A DNA stretch of 64,000 nt from Alphaproteobacteria bacterium (GTDB lineage Bacteria > Pseudomonadota > Alphaproteobacteria > JAJFFI01). How positions within the stretch are numbered: position 1 is the stretch's first letter; every line of letters begins with the position of its first letter. This document shows, piece after piece, positions 42,616 to 52,551 of the stretch. A program made the position numbers and the translations under genes. The notes below the pieces were generated by a model. That model worked only from the letters and a program-made list of their open reading frames with translations, had not been told where the DNA came from and did no database searches. The stretch is from assembly GCA_030066595.1 (NCBI GenBank), contig JASJBI010000061.1:346-64345 (forward strand). Reading direction: 5' to 3'.

Positions 42616-44454
42616 GTGACGCCAGTCGATCCCAGCTTCCAGATGTGGGCGACCTTCGCGCTGATCATCGCGGCGCTGGCGCTCTACACGCTCGAGCGCC
42701 TGCCCATGGAACTCACTTCGCTGCTGGCGATCGCCTCACTGCTGCTGTTGTTCCACTTCTTCCCGATCTTCGGCCCCTCCGGCGAGAACCTGCTCACGCC
42801 TCTGCGCATCCTCGAGGGCTTCGCCAACCCGGCCCTGATCACCGTGCTCGCGCTCTTGGTGGTCGGCCAAGGGCTCTTGCGAACCGGCGTGCTCGACCGC
42901 GCCGCGCGGCTCGTCTTCAAGGTCAGCGGCGGCGGCGCCTGGCGCTCGGTCACCCTGTCCCTGGCCATCGTGCTGGTGGTCAGCGCCTTTCTGAACAACA
43001 TCCCCGTGGTGGTCATTTTCATCCCGATCATGCAGGCGCTGGCTGACCGACTGGGCCGCTCGAGCAGCAGCCTCATGATCCCCTTGTCCTACGCCGCCAT
43101 CCTGGGCGGCATGACCACCCTGATCGGCTCCAGCACCAACCTGCTGGTGGCCAGCTCCCTGATCGAGCTCGGCCTGCCGGAGTTCAGTTTCTTCGAGTTC
43201 ACGGTGCCCGGCTTGGTGCTGGCCGCCTCTGGCCTGGCCTACGTGATCCTGATCGCACCCCGCATCATTCCGGACCGGTCTTCGCCGGCGCGCGAGATTA
43301 TGGCCAGCAGCGGCAAGCAGTACATCTCCCAGATCCAGGTGACGGCCGATTCGAAGCTGGTGGCGCAGAGTTCGGTCGGGGGCTTCTTCCCCAACCTCAA
43401 GGACATGACCGTGCGCCTGGTCCAGCGGGGCGAGCACGCCTTCGTGCCGCCCTTCGAGGATCTGACCATCCGCCGGGGCGACGTGATGATCGTGGCCGCA
43501 ACGCGCAGTGCCCTGATGGAGGCGGTCAAGGAGGATCCGGGGCTCCTGAACCCCGACCTTGCCGAAGTGGCGGCCGGCACCGAGGGCACGCGCGGCGAAG
43601 CGCAGGTCTTGGCCGAGGTCATGATCAGCCCCGCCTCGCGCATGATCGGGCAGAACCTGGAGCAGATCCAGTTCCGCCGCCGCTTCAATGCGATCGTCGT
43701 GGGCGTCCAGCGGCGCTCGCGCATGATCCGCGCCCGGATGACCGAAATCCGGCTCGAGGCGGGCGACATCCTGATGCTGCAGGGCCGGCCCGAGACCATC
43801 GAGGCCCTGCGCGGCAACCCGGACATGATCCTATTGGAATGGTCCGCCACGGACCTGCCCTCGCCCTATCACGCCCGGCGCGCGCTGATCGTCTTCTTTG
43901 GCACGGTCCTGCTCGCCGCGACCGGCGTGGTTCCGATCGTCACCGCGGCCTTGGCCGGCGCGGCGGGCATGATCGCCACCGGCTGCTTGACCGTGCGTCA
44001 GGCGGTCCGGGCCGTCGACAGCACCATCGTCATGATGATCGGCGCGGCCCTCGGCCTGGGCCTGGCCTTGGAGGAGACCGGCGGCGCGCCGTATCTGGCG
44101 CACGCGCTGATCGCCGCACTCAAGGGCGCCGGTCCCACGGCCATCCTGTCGGGCTTCTTCCTGCTCGTGGCGTTGCTTTCGAACATCCTCAACACCAAGG
44201 CCTGTGCGGTCCTGTTCACGCCCATCGGCGTCGAAATCGCCTTCGGCCTCGGCATGGACCCGCTGCCCTTCGCGGTCGCCGTCGTGTTCGCCGCCAATTC
44301 CTCCTTCGCCTCCCCGATCGGCTACCAGACCAATCTTTTGGTGATGGGGCCGGGCAACTACCGCTTCGTCGACTTCGCCATCGTCGGGCTGCCGTTGATC
44401 GCGATCGTGTGGGTCGCCTTCACGCTGTTCGCGCCCTGGTATTACGGGATCTGA
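42616..44454 (+). CDS. SLC13/DASS family permease with two TrkA-C domains
   Basis: SAFLNNIPVV, ILGGMTTLIGSSTNLL and SPIGYQTNLLVMGPG motifs; central soluble RCK_C repeats. Confidence 0.93.
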   Translation: MTPVDPSFQMWATFALIIAALALYTLERLPMELTSLLAIASLLLLFHFFPIFGPSGENLLTPLRILEGFANPALITVLALLVVGQGLLRTGVLDRAARLVFKVSGGGAWRSVTLSLAIVLVVSAFLNNIPVVVIFIPIMQALADRLGRSSSSLMIPLSYAAILGGMTTLIGSSTNLLVASSLIELGLPEFSFFEFTVPGLVLAASGLAYVILIAPRIIPDRSSPAREIMASSGKQYISQIQVTADSKLVAQSSVGGFFPNLKDMTVRLVQRGEHAFVPPFEDLTIRRGDVMIVAATRSALMEAVKEDPGLLNPDLAEVAAGTEGTRGEAQVLAEVMISPASRMIGQNLEQIQFRRRFNAIVVGVQRRSRMIRARMTEIRLEAGDILMLQGRPETIEALRGNPDMILLEWSATDLPSPYHARRALIVFFGTVLLAATGVVPIVTAALAGAAGMIATGCLTVRQAVRAVDSTIVMMIGAALGLGLALEETGGAPYLAHALIAALKGAGPTAILSGFFLLVALLSNILNTKACAVLFTPIGVEIAFGLGMDPLPFAVAVVFAANSSFASPIGYQTNLLVMGPGNYRFVDFAIVGLPLIAIVWVAFTLFAPWYYGI

Positions 44455-44657
44455 GCCGTTTCCCACCGACCTGGGTTCGCGCCGGCCCATTGCCGTGGTT
44501 GTCGTGCTCAAAAGGCGCTGGACAACCGAACCAGCATAGGCTGCGCCGATGCGCTCGGCACGGCAATCCCCACCCGGCCAGCCATTGGCAGCATCCGTGG
44601 GGGCGGGGCCTGGTGGGCGAGTGGGCCGGAGCCGATCCCGCGGAAACAACGCAAATG

Positions 44658-44689
44658 AGAAAACCGCGCCCGCATCTCTGCGGGCGCGG
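44658..44689 (-). terminator. Intrinsic terminator downstream of the minus-strand orphan gene
   Basis: 11-bp stem CCGCGCCCGCA/TGCGGGCGCGG followed by TTTTCTC on the minus strand. Confidence 0.7.
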
Positions 44690-44736
44690 CCCTCGCGCTT
44701 GCTCGAGCGGGCCTGCCTGGCTGCCGGCAAGCGAAC

Positions 44737-45390
44737 TCAGATGCAGCGCACCACGCGTCGATCCCCCTGATATCGGAAGTCCTGGCGACCGGTGGTCAAG
44801 CGGCACGCCGCCGCCAGATTGACCCGGTATTCGGTCGCGCCGAGCCCGCCGCGGCCGGGCTGGACGCAGACCCAGCCGTTCCGCGTCTGGTCGAATCTCG
44901 CCTGGCTGCCGCGATAGGTGCGGCTGCAATATCGGTTCAGGTCTGGCGCACCGGGCGCCAGGGGGCGAGTGCCTGTCTCGCCGGAATCTGTGCGACCCTC
45001 GGCGCGGGCAGCACCGGCACCGTCGCTGCCCGTGGCAGCGGCGACGGTGCGGTGCGCACGCCGATCACACGGCGACCCTGTGCCGTCCTGGCCACCGACC
45101 GGCGATGGCTCGGAGATGTGGCAGGGCGGGGGTTGATGACGCGCCGCGTTTGCAGGCGAACGCCCCGATTCGGGGCGCGGACACGGGCGCGCGATGGCGG
45201 TCTCGCCGCTGGGGGCGACGAGCCCGCCGACAACCCCGACCCCGCCGCATTGAGGTCCGAGCGACGCCGGCACGGCAGAGGGATGGGCGACGCCACGGCT
45301 CCAGACGGCACCCGAAAGGGCAAACCCCATGGCAACGGTGACAAGCACCGCGCGAGGTGCCCAGGCGGGAATGCGTCTGGTGGCGTACAT
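44737..45390 (-). CDS. Hypothetical exported protein with a C-terminal four-Cys domain
   Basis: Purine-rich RBS, hydrophobic N-terminus, low-complexity linker, DLNRYC..GWVC..NLAAAC..VRCI; terminator downstream. Confidence 0.55.
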   Translation of the reverse strand: MYATRRIPAWAPRAVLVTVAMGFALSGAVWSRGVAHPSAVPASLGPQCGGVGVVGGLVAPSGETAIARPCPRPESGRSPANAARHQPPPCHISEPSPVGGQDGTGSPCDRRAHRTVAAATGSDGAGAARAEGRTDSGETGTRPLAPGAPDLNRYCSRTYRGSQARFDQTRNGWVCVQPGRGGLGATEYRVNLAAACRLTTGRQDFRYQGDRRVVRCI

Positions 45391-45463
45391 CCTGTTTTCC
45401 CTCTCGTTCAGTAGGTGCCGTGTTGAGCGTGGGGTGACCCTACCCCATTGAAATCCGTAGCAA

Positions 45464-45479
45464 TGTGACGATCGTCACA
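45464..45479. promoter_or_regulatory. Canonical CRP-type box
   Basis: Perfect 16-bp palindrome TGTGA-CGATCG-TCACA. Confidence 0.6.
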
Positions 45480-45563
45480 CCTCTGGTTAATGGCTCCGAC
45501 CCGCCGGCCAGGGGGCCGAAACGGCTGATCGGCTCCTTGCGACGATGGCCGCGTCCGGCATCG

Positions 45564-45592
45564 TTGACGCAGTGCAACATGGCCACTAGTAT
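45564..45592 (+). promoter_or_regulatory. sigma70 promoter of serC
   Basis: TTGACG-N17-TAGTAT. Confidence 0.65.
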
Positions 45593-45595
45593 CCG

Positions 45596-45648
45596 TCCCG
45601 GGCCACGCCCCCCCAACGGGGCGCAACTATTCTGGAAGGAATAGACGC
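45596..45648 (+). ncRNA. Candidate serC leader (cis-regulatory RNA)
   Basis: Hairpin CGCCCC/GGGGCG (45606-45623), then a CTATTC/GAATAG hairpin covering the RBS, directly upstream of serC-serA where the alphaproteobacterial serC leader is known to occur. Confidence 0.5.
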
Positions 45649-46812
45649 ATGAAACCGCAGCTTCGGCCGCGGGTCCCCCAATTCTCCTCTGGACCCTGCG
45701 CCAAGCGCCCCGGGTGGACCCTGGCGGCGCTCGAGAACGCCTGCCTCTCCCGCTCTCACCGGGCCAAGCCCGCCAGGGCCAAGCTGGCCGAGGTCATCGA
45801 CCGCTCCAAGGCGGTCTTGGGCATGCCCGAGGACTGGCGCCTCGGCATCGTGCCGGCCTCGGATACCGGCGCCGTCGAGATCGCGCTCTGGTCGCTGTTG
45901 GGCGCCCGTGGCGTCGACCTGCTGGCCTGGGAGAGCTTCGGCAAGGCCTGGGTCACCGACGCCACCAAGCAGCTCAAGCTCGACGACAGCCGGGTGATCG
46001 CGGCCGAGTACGGCGAGCTGCCGGATCTCGCGACGGTCGATTTCTCGCGGGACGTGGTCCTGACCTGGAACGGTACCACCTCGGGCGTGCGGGTGCCGAA
46101 CGGCGACTGGATCCCGCTCGACCGCGAGGGTCTGGTGATCGCCGACGCGACGTCGGCGGCCTTCGCCATGGACCTGCCCTGGGACAAGCTCGACGTGGCC
46201 ACCTGGTCCTGGCAGAAGGTTCTGGGCGGCGAGGCGGCGCACGGCATGCTGGCCCTGTCGCCGCGGGCGGTGGAGCGGCTGGAGCGCTACACGCCCCCCT
46301 GGCCCATGCCCAAGCTGTTCCGCCTGACCAAAGGCGGCGCGCTCAATGAAGGCATCTTCCGGGGCGAGACCATCAACACGCCGTCCATGCTGTGCGTCGA
46401 GGACGCGCTGGACGGGCTCCGTTGGGCCGAGGGGATCGGCGGGCTGGCTGCGCTGATCGCACGCGCGGAGGCCAGCCTGGAGGCCGTCTCCGGCTGGGTC
46501 GGCGAGAGCGACTGGGCCACCTTCCTGGCCCGGGCGCCCGAGACCCGATCCTGCACCTCGATCTGCCTGTCGCTGGCCGGCCCGGCCGCGGCCGAGCTCG
46601 ACCCCGCCGTCCGGGCCGCCCTGCCCAAGGAGATCGCCGCACTCCTGGCCGACGAAGGCGTCGCCTACGACATCGGCAGCCACCGGGACGCGCCGCCGGG
46701 CCTGCGGCTCTGGGGCGGCGCCACGGTCGAGACCAGCGATCTGGAAATGCTGCTGCCCTGGCTCGACTGGGCCTTCGCCGAGGCGCGCGGGCGGCAGGCC
46801 TCGGCCGCATGA
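45649..46812 (+). CDS. serC: Phosphoserine transaminase
   Basis: [36 protein letters not shown] and TINTPS motifs. Confidence 0.96.
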   Translation: MKPQLRPRVPQFSSGPCAKRPGWTLAALENACLSRSHRAKPARAKLAEVIDRSKAVLGMPEDWRLGIVPASDTGAVEIALWSLLGARGVDLLAWESFGKAWVTDATKQLKLDDSRVIAAEYGELPDLATVDFSRDVVLTWNGTTSGVRVPNGDWIPLDREGLVIADATSAAFAMDLPWDKLDVATWSWQKVLGGEAAHGMLALSPRAVERLERYTPPWPMPKLFRLTKGGALNEGIFRGETINTPSMLCVEDALDGLRWAEGIGGLAALIARAEASLEAVSGWVGESDWATFLARAPETRSCTSICLSLAGPAAAELDPAVRAALPKEIAALLADEGVAYDIGSHRDAPPGLRLWGGATVETSDLEMLLPWLDWAFAEARGRQASAA

Positions 46813-46819
46813 GGACGCC

Positions 46820-48394
46820 ATGCCCAAGGTTTTGATATCCGACAAGATTTCCGAGAAGGCCGTGGCCGTCATGAAGGAGCGCGGCCTGGATGTGGACTAC
46901 CGGCCGGGGCTCAAACCGGAGGAGCTCAAGGCGGCCATCGGCGGTTTCGACGGGCTCGCCGTGCGCTCGGCCACCAAGGTGACCGCGGACCTGCTGGAGG
47001 CGGCCAACGGGCTCACGGTCATCGGCCGGGCCGGCATCGGCGTCGACAACATCGACGTGAAGGCCGCGACCGAAAACGGCGTGGTGGTCATGAACACGCC
47101 CTTCGGCAACGCCATCACCACGGCCGAGCACGCCATCGCCATGATGTTCGCGCTGGCCCGCCGGATCCCCGAGGCCGACCGCTCGACCCAGTCGGGCCAA
47201 TGGGAGAAGTCCCGCTTCATGGGCGTGGAGCTCACCGGCAAGACGCTGGGCATCATCGGCTGCGGCAACATCGGCTCGATCGTGGCCGAGCGCGCGCACG
47301 CGCTGAAGATGAAGGTGTCGGCCTACGACCCGTTCCTGTCGACCGAGCGGGCCGAGGATCTCGGCGTCGAGAAGGTGGAGCTGGACGTCCTGTTCCGGCG
47401 GGCCGACTTCATCAGCCTGCACGTGCCGCTGACCGACGCCACCCGCAACATCATCGACAAGGACGCCATCGCCCAGATGAAGCCCGGCGTGCGCATCATC
47501 AACTGCGCCCGGGGCGGGCTCCTGGTCGACCAGGACGTCAAGGCGGCCCTGGAGTCGGGCCAGGTCGCCGGCGTGGCGCTGGACGTCTTCGCCGAGGAGC
47601 CGCCCAAGGACAACGTCCTGTTCGGCATGGAGAACGTGGTGGCCACGCCCCATCTCGGCGCCTCGACCACCGAGGCTCAGGAGAAGGTGGCGGTCCAGGT
47701 GGCCGAGCAGCTCGCGGACTTTCTGTTGACCGGCGCCATCGTCAACGCCATCAACATGCCTTCGGTCTCGGCCGAGGACGCGCCCAAGATCCGGCCCTAT
47801 ATGAAGCTCGCCCAGCAGCTCGGCAGCTTCGCCGGCCAGCTCACCCGCACCGGGCTGAAGGCGGTTGCCATCGAGTACGAGGGCGAGGTCGCGGCGCTCA
47901 ACACCCGGCCGATCACCGCGGTCGCGCTCGAAGGCCTGCTCTCCCCGCTGATGGAGACGGTCAACATGGTGAACGCGCCGGTGGTCGCGCGGGAGCGCAA
48001 CATCGACATCACCGAGGTCAAGCACCAGCGGGCGACCGGCTATCAGTCGCTGATCTGCATCACGGTGACGACCGAGCAGCAGTCGCGCGGCGTAGCCGGC
48101 GCGCTGTTCGGCGACGAGCCCCGGCTGGTCAGCATCAAGGGCATCAACATCGAGGCCTCGCTGACGCCGCACATGATCTACATCACCAACGAGGATATGC
48201 CGGGCATCATCGGCAATCTGGGCAACACCTTCGCCGAGGCGGGCATCAACATCGCGACCTTCCATCTCGGCCGCTCGCACCCGGGCGGCGACGCCATCTC
48301 GCTGTTGCAGGTGGACGAGCCCGTGCCCGACGAAGTGCTGGCCAAGGTGCGCAAGCTGCCCAACATCCGCCAGGTGACGCCGCTCAGTTTCTAG
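46820..48394 (+). CDS. serA: D-3-phosphoglycerate dehydrogenase
   Basis: GRAGIGVDNID, GCGNIG, INCARGG and TPHLGASTTEAQ motifs; C-terminal ACT domain. Confidence 0.98.
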   Translation: MPKVLISDKISEKAVAVMKERGLDVDYRPGLKPEELKAAIGGFDGLAVRSATKVTADLLEAANGLTVIGRAGIGVDNIDVKAATENGVVVMNTPFGNAITTAEHAIAMMFALARRIPEADRSTQSGQWEKSRFMGVELTGKTLGIIGCGNIGSIVAERAHALKMKVSAYDPFLSTERAEDLGVEKVELDVLFRRADFISLHVPLTDATRNIIDKDAIAQMKPGVRIINCARGGLLVDQDVKAALESGQVAGVALDVFAEEPPKDNVLFGMENVVATPHLGASTTEAQEKVAVQVAEQLADFLLTGAIVNAINMPSVSAEDAPKIRPYMKLAQQLGSFAGQLTRTGLKAVAIEYEGEVAALNTRPITAVALEGLLSPLMETVNMVNAPVVARERNIDITEVKHQRATGYQSLICITVTTEQQSRGVAGALFGDEPRLVSIKGINIEASLTPHMIYITNEDMPGIIGNLGNTFAEAGINIATFHLGRSHPGGDAISLLQVDEPVPDEVLAKVRKLPNIRQVTPLSF

Positions 48395-48419
48395 GGGGGC
48401 GGGCCAGGGGAGACACATC

Positions 48420-48839
48420 ATGGCAGACGGGTTCAACCCGCCCGGCATCTGGGGGCCCGACGGCCGGGCGTTCTCGCAGGGGGTCATCCAGGGCGACGGA
48501 GAGACCGTTCACATCACCGGCCAGGTCGCCTGGGACGAGAAGCACGCGGTCGTCGGCATTGGCGACGTTGGCGCCCAGATGGAAAAGTGCATCGACAACA
48601 TCCAGGCGATCCTCGACTGCGTCGGCGGCCGGCTCGAGGACATCGTCTCGCTGACCATCTACTTTCTCGACCGCGAGCACCTGCCGATCATCCAGGAGGT
48701 CCGCGCCCGCCATTTCAAGACGCCGGGCGCGCCCGCGAGCATCCTGATCCAGACGCCGGGGCTGGTGATCCCCGAGTTCCTGATCGAGCTGGTGCCGATC
48801 GCGGTGGTCCCGCGCGACCGGTTCAGGCGGCCGGGCTGA
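48420..48839 (+). CDS. Rid (YjgF/YER057c/UK114) family protein
   Basis: FSQGV, ITGQVAWD and C-terminal PASILI..LIEL motifs. Confidence 0.88.
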   Translation: MADGFNPPGIWGPDGRAFSQGVIQGDGETVHITGQVAWDEKHAVVGIGDVGAQMEKCIDNIQAILDCVGGRLEDIVSLTIYFLDREHLPIIQEVRARHFKTPGAPASILIQTPGLVIPEFLIELVPIAVVPRDRFRRPG

Positions 48840-48956
48840 ACGGGCGGCTTTGTGTGTCTCGCCCGGAGCGGTCATGACAATCATGGTCTCGGGGCGAGAG
48901 CCCGCCTACTCCGTTGATACACAGAGCTTTTCTTGGCATCGGAGATCTCAGGCCAG

Positions 48957-49442
48957 ATGGACGTTCGCGACGAAGGAGACGCCGATCATGGCGCCGTGCG
49001 CGCCGTCGTCCGGGCTGCCTTCGGCCAGCCGGCGGAAACCGATCTCGTGGACGCGTTGCGTCGGGATGGCGACGCGGTAATCGCGCTGGTCGCCGTGTGC
49101 GACGGCGCCATCGTCGGTCATATCATGCTCTCCAGGATGACGGCGCCGGTGCGCGCGCTTGGCCTCGCGCCGGTGGCGGTGCTGCCCGACCAGCAAGGGC
49201 AAGGCATCGGGTCGCGGCTGATCCGCGAGAGCCTGAACCGTGCGGCCGCCCAAGGCTGGGCGGCGGTCTTCGTGGTCGGCGAGCCCGGCTACTATGCGCG
49301 CTTCGGCTTCCGCGCCGATCTCGCGGACCGCTTCGCCTCGCCCTATGCGGGACCCCATTTCATGGCGCTCGAGCTCGTCGACGGCGCCCTCGAAGGCAAG
49401 AGCGGAGCGGTCGCTTTCTCGCCCGCATTCGCCGCGCTCTAG
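48957..49442 (+). CDS. GNAT N-acetyltransferase (YhbS-like)
   Basis: LAPVAVLPDQQGQGIGSRLI and VVGEPGYYARFGF motifs. Confidence 0.92.
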   Translation: MDVRDEGDADHGAVRAVVRAAFGQPAETDLVDALRRDGDAVIALVAVCDGAIVGHIMLSRMTAPVRALGLAPVAVLPDQQGQGIGSRLIRESLNRAAAQGWAAVFVVGEPGYYARFGFRADLADRFASPYAGPHFMALELVDGALEGKSGAVAFSPAFAAL

Positions 49443-49467
49443 AACTCGACGCGCGGGCGCCGACCGC

Positions 49468-49496
49468 TTGATTCCCCCTCCCCGCCTGCCTACACT
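49468..49496 (+). promoter_or_regulatory. sigma70 promoter of the leader/ACT transcript
   Basis: TTGATT-N17-TACACT. Confidence 0.6.
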
Positions 49497-49506
49497 CGCC
49501 CTTGTC

Positions 49507-49638
49507 ATGACCGAAACGCCGGCATTGCGGATTGGCGCGCGAATTACGACCCCGGTTCTCGTCGAGGACCGGGCCCTCGTGATTCGTCTTGTCGTCACCC
49601 CAATGAAGAGCGCATGTCATGACCTTACTCACTTCTGA
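49507..49638 (+). other. Candidate leader peptide/structured leader upstream of the ACT gene
   Basis: 43-codon ORF starting a few nt after the predicted TSS; 13 Ile/Leu/Val codons; contains a long hairpin at 49539-49587. Confidence 0.4.
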
Positions 49639-49921
49639 CCGCCGAAAACCGGCGCTTTCCGACCCCACCACCGCCTGTTTCACCGTGCACGCCCATGCCG
49701 ACCCGGGCGTGCTGCCCCGGGTGCTCGAGCCCTTCGCCAAGCGCGGCTTGGTGCCAACCCGGCTGCACGCCACCGCGGACGGCCCGGGCGAGCTCACCAT
49801 CGACCTCCAGGTCGCGGGCATGGCGCCCGAGCTCGCCAAGCAGGTGGCCGCCGGGCTGCGGATGGTCTGGGGCGTGAGCACGGTGCTGACCTCCGCCCGC
49901 CGCGGCTGCCGCGCGGCGTGA
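49619..49921 (+). CDS. Stand-alone ACT-domain protein (IlvM/IlvN-like)
   Basis: FTVHAHADPGVLPRVLEPFAKRGL..LRMVWGVSTV matches the ACT pattern. Confidence 0.75.
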   Translation: MTLLTSDRRKPALSDPTTACFTVHAHADPGVLPRVLEPFAKRGLVPTRLHATADGPGELTIDLQVAGMAPELAKQVAAGLRMVWGVSTVLTSARRGCRAA

Positions 49922-50044
49922 GCGAGGTCGCCTCGCCCCACAGTTGCCCTGGGGCGGCGGAGGGGGTACCAATTTCCGGGGACATCGGCCCGGACAGGCG
50001 GGCCGGAGGAGAGGCATGACGGGCCGCGGCCCGCCGGAACGCCC

Positions 50045-51205
50045 ATGAACGACGCACCTTCCAAGGCCCTGCTGCCCGCCGGGCTGAGCGATCTGCTGCC
50101 GCCCCAGGCGCAGCACGAGGCCGAGACGGTCGAGGCCCTGCTGGCGAGCTGCCGGGCGCATGGCTACGAGCGGGTCAAGCCGCCGCTCGTGGAGTTCGAG
50201 GAGGGCCTGGCCGGGGGCGAGGCCACCTTCGACGTGGGTCGCTCCTTCCGCATGATGGACCCGGTCTCCCAGCGCATGATGGGCGTGCGCGCCGACATGA
50301 CGATGCAGATCGCCCGCATCGCGACCACGCGCCTGGCCAAGGCGCCGCGGCCCGTGCGCCTCTGCTATGCCGGCGAGGTGCTCAGGGTCCAGGGCACTCA
50401 GCTCAGCCCCGAGCGCCAGTTCTGCCAGGTCGGCGCGGAGCTGATCGGCGCGGCCCAGGCCGCCGCCGGCGACGCCGAGGTGGTGCTGCTCGCGGCCGAG
50501 GCCTTGAACGCCATCGGCATCACGGAACTTTCGATCGACCTCACGCTACCGACCCTCGTGCCGGCGGTCGCGGACGGGCTCGGCATCGCGGATCCCGTCG
50601 CGGGTCGCCTGCGCGCCGCGCTCGACCGCAAGGACGCGGCCGCCGTGGCCGCGATCGAGGACGAGACCAAGGCCAGGGGTCTGTTCCGCGCGCTCCTGGC
50701 CGCGGCGGGCCCGGCGGACAGGGCGCTCGCCGCCATCGCCAAGCTCAAGCTGCCAAAGCCAGCGGCCGAAGAGGCCAAGCGGTTGGCCGAGGTGGTCGAG
50801 CTGATCGTGGCGGCGCGGCCCGACCTGCGCCTCACTGTCGACCCGGTCGAGAACCGCGGCTTCGAGTACCACACCGGCGTCACCTTCACGATCTTCGCCC
50901 AAGGGGTGCGCGGCGAGCTGGGCGGCGGCGGCCGCTATCTCGCCCTCGGCGGGGCGGAGGGCGGCGAGCCCGCGACCGGCTTCACGCTGTTCACCAACGT
51001 GCTGCTCCGCGCGCTCGCCACGCCGGAGGCGGCACGGCGGGTGTTCGTGCCGCTCGAGGTGGCGCGGGCGGAGGCGGCGCGGCTCAGGGCCGAAGGCTGG
51101 ATCACCGTCGCGGGCTTGATGCCGGCCAAGGACGCGGCGGCCGAGGCCCGGCGGCTCGGCTGCGGCCATGTCTACCGGGACGGCCAGGTCAAAACAGTCG
51201 GCTGA
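50045..51205 (+). CDS. hisZ: ATP phosphoribosyltransferase regulatory subunit
   Basis: LPAGLSDLLP, RADMTMQIAR, QVGAELIG, FEYHTG and GGRY motifs; upstream of purA. Confidence 0.93.
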   Translation: MNDAPSKALLPAGLSDLLPPQAQHEAETVEALLASCRAHGYERVKPPLVEFEEGLAGGEATFDVGRSFRMMDPVSQRMMGVRADMTMQIARIATTRLAKAPRPVRLCYAGEVLRVQGTQLSPERQFCQVGAELIGAAQAAAGDAEVVLLAAEALNAIGITELSIDLTLPTLVPAVADGLGIADPVAGRLRAALDRKDAAAVAAIEDETKARGLFRALLAAAGPADRALAAIAKLKLPKPAAEEAKRLAEVVELIVAARPDLRLTVDPVENRGFEYHTGVTFTIFAQGVRGELGGGGRYLALGGAEGGEPATGFTLFTNVLLRALATPEAARRVFVPLEVARAEAARLRAEGWITVAGLMPAKDAAAEARRLGCGHVYRDGQVKTVG

Positions 51206-52512
<1,307 letters not shown>

Positions 52513-52551
52513 TGCGATCCGATCTCTATTTGATCCGCGGCGGTCACGCGA

